Shown: piece by piece, positions 39,560 to 49,199 of the stretch | How positions within the stretch are numbered: the stretch's first letter is position 1 | Layout of the letters: each line of letters begins with the position of its first letter | Origin: a virus | Taxonomy: Duplodnaviria > Caudoviricetes | Length of the DNA: 64,000 nt | Reading direction: 5' to 3' (one strand) | Virus record (IMG/VR): IMGVR_UViG_3300035505_000313 | Coordinates: 11,501 to 75,500 of that record | Notes under the pieces: generated by a model | What the model was told of the DNA's origin: nothing | Database searches by the model: none | Seen by the model: the letters and a program-made list of their open reading frames with translations, nothing else | Made by a program: the position numbers and the translations under genes

Positions 39560-41155
39560 TTAATTATCATATGGTGCATACATATCTACAACATTGCAAG
39601 AACATACATCATTACATGCACAAGTTGTTCTAGTTTCACATAAGGGAACTGAACGAGAATTACATCCACATGTAGTAAAGCTTGTTCTATCTACACAATC
39701 ACAGCTTTGACTAGAAGCAGTACGTGATACACAACTATAATCAGTTGAGTAAACTGTTCTAGCTTCACATATTGTATCTAATGCAGTAGTTGTACGCACA
39801 TTACATGTACAATCTACAGCTTGTGTTGTACGTGCAAGGCATACTTTATCAGCAGCATAAGCTGTCCTTGATGCACAATCCGAACTGTATTCTATATAGT
39901 TTGTTGACGTTCTTGATGTACAAACTGACTTTTGGGTTGTTCTACTATTACAAGTACATATTTCTTTGTAGTCAAAAACTTGGTCATTTTTGTCTATATT
40001 ACAACTGCAAGAAACTCCTATATATGCTGTAACTGATACCCTAGATATACAAGTATAATATGAGTAAGTACGTGAATTACAAGTGCAATTAGCTCCACTA
40101 TCAGAGCAAGCAGAATAACTTCCAGAATATCCTGAAGCTATTTTTACAGCATTACATGTACAAGCAAATATACTATCAGAAGTATTTACTGAATTACAGT
40201 CACATGCTGGAACATATTGAGTTGTAGTTCTAGCTGGACATACACTATTATTTGAATTTGTACGTGTGTCACATAAGCAACAACTATTATATTGCTTAAA
40301 ACTAAGTGTATCACTATAACCAACAGTATTACAAAAACAAGCTGGTTTTACTGCAGATGTACCTACAGTATTACATTTACATGAAGCACCTACTCCATAA
40401 TCAACTGAAGTCCTAGTATTACATTCACATGATTCTGAGTAAGTAGTTCTAGATACACAATCGCATACATCTAAAACCTTACCATCTTTGTCAGGTGCTA
40501 TTCTAGAAAAACATGTACAAGTTGTTCCATAAGTAATATCTTTCTTAGGTTCTTGAACTATACTAACTCTTGAACCACATAATATAGCATCTTCATGGTC
40601 ATTTGCTGTTCTAGAATCACAATCACAAGTTACTACACCTAAATCAATATATCCTGCTGTTCTAGAATCACATACACAAGTTATTCCATACACATTAGGA
40701 GAGTACTCAGAAGTTCTAGAATTACACATACAAGCTTCATCAGCATGAATTCTAGAATTACATTCGCAACTTGCATAATAATAAGTCCTTGCTTGACAGA
40801 TAGGAGTAGAATATGGTTTCTCAACTTCTTCACATTCCAAAGTTCTAGAATTACATTCACAAGTGGATGTATTATAAGTAACTATAGTTGTTCTAGACCC
40901 ACATATCATTGTGGTATTTGGTATAAAGTTTGTGACTTCTTTTAAATCTGCTGGTGTCTTTTCCATTACATGATGAATATGACCATTACAATCAGCTCTA
41001 TCAATAGCTTCTCTACGATTATTCATATCTTGTACTAGATTCTTAAGCTGATTTAAAGAACCACGAAAGTTAGCAAAAGGGTCATAACCACGAAGCTTAA
41101 CCATTTCTTCATGTATATCACCTAATGATATTTCTTTTTTATTCCATTCAGACAT
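39560..41155 (-). CDS. CxCxxR repeat protein with shared N-terminal domain
   Basis: 531 aa with many CxC(N/D)(S/T)RT motifs after SLGDIH...SLNQLK...CNGH. Confidence 0.85.
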   Translation of the reverse strand: MSEWNKKEISLGDIHEEMVKLRGYDPFANFRGSLNQLKNLVQDMNNRREAIDRADCNGHIHHVMEKTPADLKEVTNFIPNTTMICGSRTTIVTYNTSTCECNSRTLECEEVEKPYSTPICQARTYYYASCECNSRIHADEACMCNSRTSEYSPNVYGITCVCDSRTAGYIDLGVVTCDCDSRTANDHEDAILCGSRVSIVQEPKKDITYGTTCTCFSRIAPDKDGKVLDVCDCVSRTTYSESCECNTRTSVDYGVGASCKCNTVGTSAVKPACFCNTVGYSDTLSFKQYNSCCLCDTRTNSNNSVCPARTTTQYVPACDCNSVNTSDSIFACTCNAVKIASGYSGSYSACSDSGANCTCNSRTYSYYTCISRVSVTAYIGVSCSCNIDKNDQVFDYKEICTCNSRTTQKSVCTSRTSTNYIEYSSDCASRTAYAADKVCLARTTQAVDCTCNVRTTTALDTICEARTVYSTDYSCVSRTASSQSCDCVDRTSFTTCGCNSRSVPLCETRTTCACNDVCSCNVVDMYAPYDN

Positions 41156-41170
41156 ATATTCTTCTCCTTT

Positions 41171-42148
41171 CTATTTATTAAATATACTAACTCCACCATC
41201 ACAAGTGCATACTGATTGGCAAGCACATGATACTCTAGATTCACATTCGGAAGTTGAACGAGAATTACAATAACAACCAAAGTTAGTAGTTCTATCAACA
41301 CAGCTACATGAGAATACTTTAGTTACTCTAGAGTTACAAGCACAATCCGTTATTCTTGCAGTTCTATTATTACACTCACAAGATTCTGTTGCTGTACTTC
41401 TAGAATTACATGAACATGTTACAACTGTTCTATTCTCGCAACTACATCCAACATAAGTTAAAATCTCATCAGCATTACATTCACAGCCTTTAGGAGCTTC
41501 TTTATCTATTTGTATTCTTGAATCACAAGTACATACTTCGACTAACTCTGACGGACAGTCGGAGTTAGGATATTTTACATAAGATGTAACACTATCCATA
41601 GTGTTAGTTACTCTTGATTGACAGGTAATTATAGGTGTATATGTATAACCACTTCTGTCATTACATAAACAATCACTTTCATTACCATATATAGAATCAT
41701 CTCTATAAGTAGTTCTAGCTAAACAAGTTACATCAGGAACATAATTAGTCCTAGATGAACAAACAGTATCAACGCTATATGTAGTCCTAGAGCTACATAT
41801 AGCGGATACTTGTGGATTTGTTACTTTATCACACGTTAAAGTTCTAGTGTGACATTCACATGTAATATTATTATTGCAATCACATGTGTATAACTGTTCA
41901 GAAGAACAGAGAGATTTTATATTTGGTAGTCTTTTAAATACTGTGTTAGTATTTACTTCATTTCCGTAATTTTCTACTGGCATTGAAAAGTCAGTATGTT
42001 CAGGACAATAACTTTCATTTCTTACTTCATTCATAGAATTAAGCATTTCTTTTAGCTCATTCAAAGAATCGTATTCTTCAGTTTTATATCCACCCTTACT
42101 TTTCAATCCACCATGTAAATCACCTAATGAATCTCTATAATCAGCCAT
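41171..42148 (-). CDS. CxCxxR repeat protein with shared N-terminal domain
   Basis: 325 aa; SLGDLH...SLNELK...CPEH, then repeats. Confidence 0.85.
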   Translation of the reverse strand: MADYRDSLGDLHGGLKSKGGYKTEEYDSLNELKEMLNSMNEVRNESYCPEHTDFSMPVENYGNEVNTNTVFKRLPNIKSLCSSEQLYTCDCNNNITCECHTRTLTCDKVTNPQVSAICSSRTTYSVDTVCSSRTNYVPDVTCLARTTYRDDSIYGNESDCLCNDRSGYTYTPIITCQSRVTNTMDSVTSYVKYPNSDCPSELVEVCTCDSRIQIDKEAPKGCECNADEILTYVGCSCENRTVVTCSCNSRSTATESCECNNRTARITDCACNSRVTKVFSCSCVDRTTNFGCYCNSRSTSECESRVSCACQSVCTCDGGVSIFNK

Positions 42149-42170
42149 ATATAAAACCTCCTATGAATTA

Positions 42171-43853
42171 TTATTCATATTTAATTACTTGGTTACAGCT
42201 ACATATATTTGACATACTAGCTGTACGTGATGGACACAATGAACCAGTTCTTGTATTACAACCACATGATGTAGCGATTGTTCTAGAAGCACAATCGGTA
42301 ACAACATTAGTTCTTGTATTACAAGTACAATTTGCAGTATATACAGAATCATACACTCTATCTGGTTCATCAACTGACCCCATCTCAATCTTATTATAAG
42401 TACCTTGTGTTCTTTCAACACAATCACAAATACTAGTTGAAGCTACACGACTAGCACAAATGTCTGAATAAACATAAGCAGTATTAGCTGTTCTGTTTAC
42501 ACAAGGACAATCTGCTACAGATGTAGCTACCGTTCTTACATTACATATACAATCCACTTTAGCAGTTGTTCTAGATGCACATGTTACTTGAGTTAAGTTA
42601 ACTGTATGAGAACTACAACCACCATCACATGTTCCATAACCAGTACCACATACACTATAATAACTAGTACCACAAGAGGATATATAACCGAATGTATCAC
42701 ATTCTGAATAATAAGAAGAAGCCATACTATCATTACCTCCATTTAAACTTTGATTACTACTACATACACTATAGACCACTGTATCAGTGTTACTATTATA
42801 GTAAGCAAAACTACCACCACCATATAGTTCAACGTAACTATCTGATACTGGTACTACGTTTGAAGGACAACTATAAGTAGTCCTTGCATCACACAAACAA
42901 TTATCATTTGTGCTTTCATATATTGTATCACTTCCACCATAAGCGATATTCTTTGTACAATCAACAGTTGCTACTGTATTGCAAGAACAGCCAGTTCTTC
43001 CATTACATATACAAGTAGTATCTGTTTTATTATATGAATAATCAGGAACAGTTATCTTATCAGAAGTATAACCAGTTCTTGAATTACATACACAAGTAGT
43101 TCTAGAATTACATGAACACATTTCACATGCACTGTAATCCACAACACTGTCATTAACTTTATCACTATCAACTGTTGTTCCTACCCTTGAACCACATACT
43201 GTTTTTGTTCTAGAGTTACATGAACAATCTCCACATCCACTAGTTAACCAGTCAATAGCATAATCACTAGTTGTAGAATAAGTTACCCTTGAACCACATA
43301 CTGTTTTTGTTCTAGAGTTACATGAGCAATCTCCACATCCACTAGTTAACCAGTCAATAGCATATTCACTAGTTGCAGAAGTTCCAGCTCTTGAACCACA
43401 TACTGTTTTTGTTCTAGAGTTACATGAACATGTTCCACATCCACTAGTCAAATAATCTGCAGCATATGTGTTACTAACTGAATAAGTTACCCTTGAACCA
43501 CATACTGTTTTTGTTCTAGAGTTACATGAACATGTTCCACATCCACTAGTCAAATAATCTGCAGTATAAGCCTTAGAAGCTGTAGTTCCAGTTCTTGAAC
43601 TACAATCTACAGCTGTTCTAGATGAACATACAGAAGCTGCAGATGTTGATGTTTCAGTAGTTGTTCTAGATACACATGCACAAACATAATCTCTAGAGTA
43701 AGAACCACCTACATAGCTTGATGTATAAGCACCACCAACATAAGTTGTATAATAAGCACTACCTACATAATTAGTAGTATAAGCACCACCAACATACACT
43801 GATGTATAAGTATTTCCATATGTAGCGGTATAATAACTTGCATAAGAACCCAT
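42171..43853 (-). CDS. CxCxxR repeat protein with Tyr/Gly N-terminal repeats
   Basis: 560 aa. Four YVG(G/S)(A/S)Y 9-mers, then four 34-aa (102 nt) repeats. Confidence 0.85.
   Translation of the reverse strand: MGSYASYYTATYGNTYTSVYVGGAYTTNYVGSAYYTTYVGGAYTSSYVGGSYSRDYVCACVSRTTTETSTSAASVCSSRTAVDCSSRTGTTASKAYTADYLTSGCGTCSCNSRTKTVCGSRVTYSVSNTYAADYLTSGCGTCSCNSRTKTVCGSRAGTSATSEYAIDWLTSGCGDCSCNSRTKTVCGSRVTYSTTSDYAIDWLTSGCGDCSCNSRTKTVCGSRVGTTVDSDKVNDSVVDYSACEMCSCNSRTTCVCNSRTGYTSDKITVPDYSYNKTDTTCICNGRTGCSCNTVATVDCTKNIAYGGSDTIYESTNDNCLCDARTTYSCPSNVVPVSDSYVELYGGGSFAYYNSNTDTVVYSVCSSNQSLNGGNDSMASSYYSECDTFGYISSCGTSYYSVCGTGYGTCDGGCSSHTVNLTQVTCASRTTAKVDCICNVRTVATSVADCPCVNRTANTAYVYSDICASRVASTSICDCVERTQGTYNKIEMGSVDEPDRVYDSVYTANCTCNTRTNVVTDCASRTIATSCGCNTRTGSLCPSRTASMSNICSCNQVIKYE
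43185..43590 (-). repeat. Coding tandem repeat, 4 x 102 nt
   Basis: ACCACATACTGTTTTTGTTCTAGAGTTACA recurs at 43191, 43293, 43395 and 43497. Confidence 0.9.
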
Positions 43854-43867
43854 TAATCACACACCTC

Positions 43868-45019
43868 CTAACATCCACCATAACAAGCAGAGGAACTTGA
43901 AGAATATGTGTTAGTATTGCAATAACAATCAGTTCTAGAATTACATGAACATACACTATTACAAGAGCAAGCAGCATTACATGTACAAACACTTTCACAT
44001 GTGCAACAAGCAGAAGTACTTGTTCTACCATTACAACTACAAGTAGTGCTGTAATTAGTTCTTCCATGACAACTGCAAGATGTTACTGAACTTGTTCTAC
44101 CATTACAACTACAAGAATAAGTAGTACTTGTTCTACCATTACAATCACATACACTTCTTGAACCACATTGAACTGTAGCTGATGTGTATGAATAAGATGT
44201 AGTTCTTGATTCACAAGTACAACCATAACAAGCTGAATAAGTAGTATCTGTATAATTATAAGTTCTAGAATTACAAGAACAAGCAGTTCTAGCATTACAA
44301 GAGCATCCTGTGTCTGTATCATAATAAGTTTTATCAGAAGCATAATCTGCTGTTACAGTAGATGTTGTTCTGGAATTACAAGAACAGGTTGTTCTAGAAT
44401 TACAAGTACATTTAGTATCTTCACTATAATATGACTTATCAGCAGTATATAATGTGTCACCATAATTATATGTCCTAGCATTACATGTACAAGTTGTTCT
44501 GGAATTACAAGTACATTTAGTATCTTCACTATAATATGATTTATCTGATGTGTAATCTGCTGTTACATTAGATGTTGTTCGACTACCGCATACAGTAAGT
44601 GTTCTAGAATTACAAGAACATTTAGTATCTGTATCATAATATGAATTATCAGCAGTATATAATACATCACTAGTACCTTTTGTTCTAGTATTACATGAAC
44701 AAGCAGTTCTAGAATCACATGTACAAATTGAATTTCCATATACATCATCAAAATAAAAATCTCCACATGAAGAACTATAAGCTGAACGTGATGCACAAGC
44801 AACCCCAGTTCTAGAATTACATGAACACTCTCCACAACCACTAGTATAAAAATCTTCTGTATAAGTACTTGAATTTGTATAAGTAGTTCTAGCTGTACAT
44901 ACAATAGATGTTCTAGTATTACAAGTACATTTAGTACCTACACCATAAGAATAATCTGATACTTTATCACCTTGACTTATTGCATAAGTAGTACGTGAAT
45001 TACATACACAATATGACAT
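43868..45019 (-). CDS. CxCxxR repeat protein
   Basis: 383 aa beginning directly at a motif (MSYCVCNSRT); four D(K/N)(S/T)YYxxDT(K/G)C units. Confidence 0.85.
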   Translation of the reverse strand: MSYCVCNSRTTYAISQGDKVSDYSYGVGTKCTCNTRTSIVCTARTTYTNSSTYTEDFYTSGCGECSCNSRTGVACASRSAYSSSCGDFYFDDVYGNSICTCDSRTACSCNTRTKGTSDVLYTADNSYYDTDTKCSCNSRTLTVCGSRTTSNVTADYTSDKSYYSEDTKCTCNSRTTCTCNARTYNYGDTLYTADKSYYSEDTKCTCNSRTTCSCNSRTTSTVTADYASDKTYYDTDTGCSCNARTACSCNSRTYNYTDTTYSACYGCTCESRTTSYSYTSATVQCGSRSVCDCNGRTSTTYSCSCNGRTSSVTSCSCHGRTNYSTTCSCNGRTSTSACCTCESVCTCNAACSCNSVCSCNSRTDCYCNTNTYSSSSSACYGGC

Positions 45020-45049
45020 AATATTCCTCCTTTCATTTAGTATTATATT

Positions 45050-45080
45050 ATGTGGTAAACAAGAATCTTGTTTACCACAT
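45050..45080. terminator. Hairpin between Cys-repeat genes
   Basis: ATGTGGTAAACAAGA/TCTTGTTTACCACAT inverted repeat. Confidence 0.6.
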
Positions 45081-45090
45081 AATCTTAAAT

Positions 45091-45591
45091 CTATCTAGCA
45101 GAGCCATAAAGCCTTACATTGCAATCGCATGATACCCCACATTCTGAATAAACATCAGTTGTTCTAGCATCACAATCGCATGTTCCGCCACATGCTGTAT
45201 AAACATAATTACTTCTAGTATTACATGAACAAGCATCACCACATGCAGTATATGCTGTTGATGTTCTTACATTACAAGTACAACTTGCTGCATAAGTACA
45301 AGCTGAGTAACCTCCAGTTCTTGAATGGCAGTCACAACCTGTTTGGCACATAGTATAAGCATAAGTTCTACTAGCACATAAAGTAGCATCACCACCACAA
45401 TGCGTATAATAAGCAGTTCTATTATTACATGAACATACTTGTTGTACGGAAGTTCTAACATTACAAGAACATTCAACAGTTGTTGCTGTCCTTGATTCAC
45501 AAGTACAACTTACGCCACCTCTAGAAACACATGAACATGAGGCGTAACTTCCAGTAGCATAAGCAGTTCTACCATTACAACTACAAGACAT
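45091..45591 (-). CDS. CxCxxR repeat protein
   Basis: 166 aa with 27 Cys and ten CxCxxR motifs (counted by hand). Confidence 0.85.
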   Translation of the reverse strand: MSCSCNGRTAYATGSYASCSCVSRGGVSCTCESRTATTVECSCNVRTSVQQVCSCNNRTAYYTHCGGDATLCASRTYAYTMCQTGCDCHSRTGGYSACTYAASCTCNVRTSTAYTACGDACSCNTRSNYVYTACGGTCDCDARTTDVYSECGVSCDCNVRLYGSAR

Positions 45592-45606
45592 ATTATCACC
45601 CCCTTC

Positions 45607-46779
45607 TTAACAAGCACTACTACAACTGCTATCTGCAACTAAAGAAACACAATCGCTATATGAATAAGTATAATAAGAAGTTCTAGACTTACAATCACAA
45701 CCAGATGTATAAACATTACCCAAACAGCATGAAGCATAACCTGTTCTTGATGCACAATCTGCACCAACATATTGATTTACATTGCCACTACAATCTGCAT
45801 AAGCAACAGTTGTTTTTGTTTCTGTTCGGGAAACACAACTACATTCTTTCTTTGTTGCACTAACTACATTAGTTCTAGTTTGACATAAAGACACTGCAAC
45901 ATAAGTTTTAGTTTCAGCTAAATTATCTTTACATACGCAACCAGTCCAATATGCTGTGGTATTCTTATCTCTAGATTCACAAGCACAACCTTCATAACAA
46001 GCTGAGTATACATATTCAGCTCTTGAATTACAACTACAACCAGTATATGTAAATGTAATTTGTGAAGTTCTTGATTCGCATAAACATGAATATGTTGTAG
46101 GAGTATTAACTACATCAGATGTTGTTGTATAAGTGGTTCTATTTTCACAATCACATGTACTATTAGCATAAGTTGTACCTGTTCTTGTGTTACAATCACA
46201 GGCTGGAGTTTCAGTACCATTTAAGTTTGCTACTGTATTACAACTACAGTTGTAATCAGTTGTCTGTCTTGTATTACAACTACATACTGTAGTTTGTGTA
46301 TCTTTAGTTGATACTGTATTACAAGTACAGCCATACCCAGTACCTACACTTGTTCTAGTATCACATTTACAAACTGAATTAGTAGTATCACTATAAAGTG
46401 AATCACTTTTATTTATATAAGTAGTATCAACTTTAATCCCCGATACTTCAGAACACTCAGAAATTCTAACATCACAAGCACAAATATTATCATCAACTTT
46501 TTGGTCATAAGTAGACACTAACTTCTTAGTTCCAGCTTTTTGCAAGGACTTATTTATATCCATCAAACTAAGATTAGCTGAAGTCAAACTAAAGTCTTGA
46601 TGAGAAGCACATTGCACTGGTAAACCATCTACAATATCAACAGTCTGAGAACGTGTTTTATTCATACTGTTTACCAAATTTCTTAACTGATTAAGAGATT
46701 TGTATTTATCAGTATCTATTTCAAAACCTTGCTTAAGTTCAGCTTCTTGATGAAGTTCATTTAATGAATTTCTACTCAT
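45607..46779 (-). CDS. CxCxxR repeat protein with shared N-terminal domain
   Basis: 390 aa; SLNELH...SLNQLR...CASH, then repeats. Confidence 0.85.
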   Translation of the reverse strand: MSRNSLNELHQEAELKQGFEIDTDKYKSLNQLRNLVNSMNKTRSQTVDIVDGLPVQCASHQDFSLTSANLSLMDINKSLQKAGTKKLVSTYDQKVDDNICACDVRISECSEVSGIKVDTTYINKSDSLYSDTTNSVCKCDTRTSVGTGYGCTCNTVSTKDTQTTVCSCNTRQTTDYNCSCNTVANLNGTETPACDCNTRTGTTYANSTCDCENRTTYTTTSDVVNTPTTYSCLCESRTSQITFTYTGCSCNSRAEYVYSACYEGCACESRDKNTTAYWTGCVCKDNLAETKTYVAVSLCQTRTNVVSATKKECSCVSRTETKTTVAYADCSGNVNQYVGADCASRTGYASCCLGNVYTSGCDCKSRTSYYTYSYSDCVSLVADSSCSSAC

Positions 46780-46849
46780 AAGGTAGACCTCCTTTCAGAA
46801 AATATAATATTATTAATATAATGAATAGTTCTTATTATATAAAATGAAT

Positions 46850-46882
46850 ATGAGATATACTAGATAAACTAGTATATCTCAT
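46850..46882. terminator. Hairpin downstream of 46896-49043
   Basis: ATGAGATATACTAG/CTAGTATATCTCAT inverted repeat. Confidence 0.6.
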
Positions 46883-46895
46883 ATTTTTTATTTAT

Positions 46896-49043
46896 TTAAG
46901 ATGTATGACTTGTACATACATTTTTGGTTTCTGTAGTATTCTTATTAACTGTATTAACTGATGCAGTTGTATACTGATTTACAGCATTACAATAGCATTT
47001 AGCACTACATCCTACAGTTGTTCTTGATGAGCAGATAGTAGATGTTGTTGCTGATGTTCTAGATACACAATCACAAGTGGTTGTGTAGTTAGTTCTACCA
47101 TCACATGAACATGTAGAAGTTGTACCTGTTCTAGAAGTACATTCAGAAGATGTTATATAATAAGTTCTACCATCACATGAACATGTAGAAGTTGTACCTG
47201 TTCTAGAACTACATTCAGATGTTGTGGTTTTATTAGTTCTAGAATTACATAAACAAGCTACTGTTCCACCTGTTCTAGAACTACATTCAGACGTAGTAGT
47301 ACTTGATGTTCTACCATCACATGAACAAGCTACTGTTCCACCTGTTCTAGAACTACATTCAGATGTTGTGGTTTTATTAGTTCTAGAATTACATAAACAA
47401 GCTACTGTTCCACCTGTTCTAGAACTACATTCAGATGTTGTAGTGTTATTAGTCCTAGAATTACATAAACAAGCTACTGTTCCACCTGTTCTAGAACTAC
47501 ATTCAGATGTTGTAGTGTTATTAGTCCTACTATCACATAAACAAGCTACTGTTCCACCTGTTCTAGAACTACAATCAGCAGAACTATAATATTCAGTTCT
47601 TACATCACATAAGCATGAAGTAGTTGCACCAGTTCTAGAACTACATTCTGAAGACGTATATGAATAAGTTCTAGCTGCACAAGTACAAGAATAAGCATAA
47701 GTAGTTCTAGAAGTACATGTAGAATCATATGCTGAATAGTAACCAGAAATTCTACCATTACATGAACAAGAATAACTTGATGAATAACCAGAAATTCTAC
47801 CATTACATGAACAAGAATAAGCTGAATAGTAATATGTTCTAGCATTACAAGAACAAGAATAACCTGATACTGAGTTACAACTACATGCAGTTCTACTACT
47901 ACACACTGTACTACCTTCAAGAAGATAATAACCAGAACAATCTCCATATACAAATAAATCATAAACATATACATAATAACTTCCACAAGGAATACTAGCT
48001 TGATAGTAAAAAATTTCCCAACTACATCCTACTTTATTACAACTACAATTATAAGTTGCTCTACTAGAACATGTATAATAAGAATATACTCTAACATTAC
48101 AATCATATCCTGTAGCTGTATATGTTCTAACATTACAATCATAATTTGTAGTAGTAGTTGTTCTAGTATTACAATCATAAGATGTAGCTGTATATGTTCT
48201 AGCATTGCAATCAGTATAACTATAAGTTCTAGCATTGCAATCAGTATAACTATAAATTCTACTAGAACATATACCAGTTCTAGATGAACAATTACTACCT
48301 TGATAAGTACTTCTACTAGAACATATAGCTGTTCTACTACTACAATCACTACCTATATCTGTAGTTCTTGCTGTGCATATAGCTGTTCTACTACTACAAT
48401 CACTACCTATATCTGTAGTTCTTGCTGTGCATATAGAAGTTCTACTACTACAATCACTACCTATATCTGTAGTTCTTGCTGTGCATATAGCTGTTCTACT
48501 ACTACAATCACTACCTTGTGTATAAGTTCTACTGGAACATATAGAAGTTCTACTACTACAATCACTACCTATATCTGTAGTTCTTGCTGTACATATAGCT
48601 GTTCTACTACTACAATCGCTACCTTGTGTATAAGTTCTACTAGAACATATAGCTGTTCTACTACTACAATCACTACCTTGATAGTAAGTTCTACTAGGAC
48701 ATGTTCCTGTATCTGTTCCATATGTAGTTCTACTTACACAATCACATGAATCACTAAATTCATATTGTTTAACATTGTGAGCACTACATTTTAAGTTCGT
48801 TATATTACTTGCTGTATCTTTAACAAATCCCATACTTAAAGGGGAAGAAGACGTAATGGTAAAATTCTTATGACCACTACAATCAACTGTATTTCCACCA
48901 AAAGTAGAAGCATTTCGTTCTGAATTTAAACTAGTTAAAGCTGAAGTTAAAGTTTGTAAATCTTTATATCCTGAAGAATAAGAACTACTAACAGACCCTT
49001 TAGCGTCTATTAAATTTTGTAGCTCTTTATAAGAAATTCCCAC
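46896..49043 (-). CDS. Largest CxCxxR repeat protein, with mirror-symmetric repeat arrays
   Basis: 715 aa: shared N-domain, 8 x 18-aa array, aromatic-rich centre, then a 24-aa array. Confidence 0.85.
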   Translation of the reverse strand: MGISYKELQNLIDAKGSVSSSYSSGYKDLQTLTSALTSLNSERNASTFGGNTVDCSGHKNFTITSSSPLSMGFVKDTASNITNLKCSAHNVKQYEFSDSCDCVSRTTYGTDTGTCPSRTYYQGSDCSSRTAICSSRTYTQGSDCSSRTAICTARTTDIGSDCSSRTSICSSRTYTQGSDCSSRTAICTARTTDIGSDCSSRTSICTARTTDIGSDCSSRTAICTARTTDIGSDCSSRTAICSSRSTYQGSNCSSRTGICSSRIYSYTDCNARTYSYTDCNARTYTATSYDCNTRTTTTTNYDCNVRTYTATGYDCNVRVYSYYTCSSRATYNCSCNKVGCSWEIFYYQASIPCGSYYVYVYDLFVYGDCSGYYLLEGSTVCSSRTACSCNSVSGYSCSCNARTYYYSAYSCSCNGRISGYSSSYSCSCNGRISGYYSAYDSTCTSRTTYAYSCTCAARTYSYTSSECSSRTGATTSCLCDVRTEYYSSADCSSRTGGTVACLCDSRTNNTTTSECSSRTGGTVACLCNSRTNNTTTSECSSRTGGTVACLCNSRTNKTTTSECSSRTGGTVACSCDGRTSSTTTSECSSRTGGTVACLCNSRTNKTTTSECSSRTGTTSTCSCDGRTYYITSSECTSRTGTTSTCSCDGRTNYTTTCDCVSRTSATTSTICSSRTTVGCSAKCYCNAVNQYTTASVNTVNKNTTETKNVCTSHTS

Positions 49044-49102
49044 TTTATTTTCCTCCTTTTTCTTTTTTTAATTTAATTATATATTATACAATATAAAAAT
49101 TC

Positions 49103-49144
49103 TAATTTTTTGTTATTATATCATGGAATTTTAACAAGTTTATA
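49103..49144. promoter_or_regulatory. Divergent pair of AACA-N6-TA (AR9-type late) promoter motifs
   Basis: Minus AACA-AAAAAT-TA at 49103-49114 faces the Cys-repeat operon. Plus AACA-AGTTTA-TA at 49133-49144 faces the lysis genes. Confidence 0.55.
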
Positions 49145-49199
49145 AATAAGTTTTCATAGTGAAAGCTTTATTTAATCTTTAAAAAGGAGGATTAGTATT

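Noticed and set aside
43185-48701. CRISPR array interpretation of the direct repeats
   Set aside because: Unit lengths are multiples of three (54, 72, 102 nt), lie inside long ORFs, vary at synonymous positions and have no unique spacers. No cas genes are present.
47224-48749. Alternative-frame and antisense ORFs over the repeat genes (47224+, 47600-, 48000+, 48029-, 48300+, and similar at 44083, 44563, 45267)
   Set aside because: These are shadows of repetitive, codon-biased coding sequence. They lack RBSs and have implausible composition.
39211-49043. Simple metallothioneins or low-complexity junk
   Set aside because: The proteins are too long and ordered, have strong RBSs, a shared N-domain, mirror symmetry and adjacent modifying enzymes. 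Metal binding as part of the fold is not excluded.
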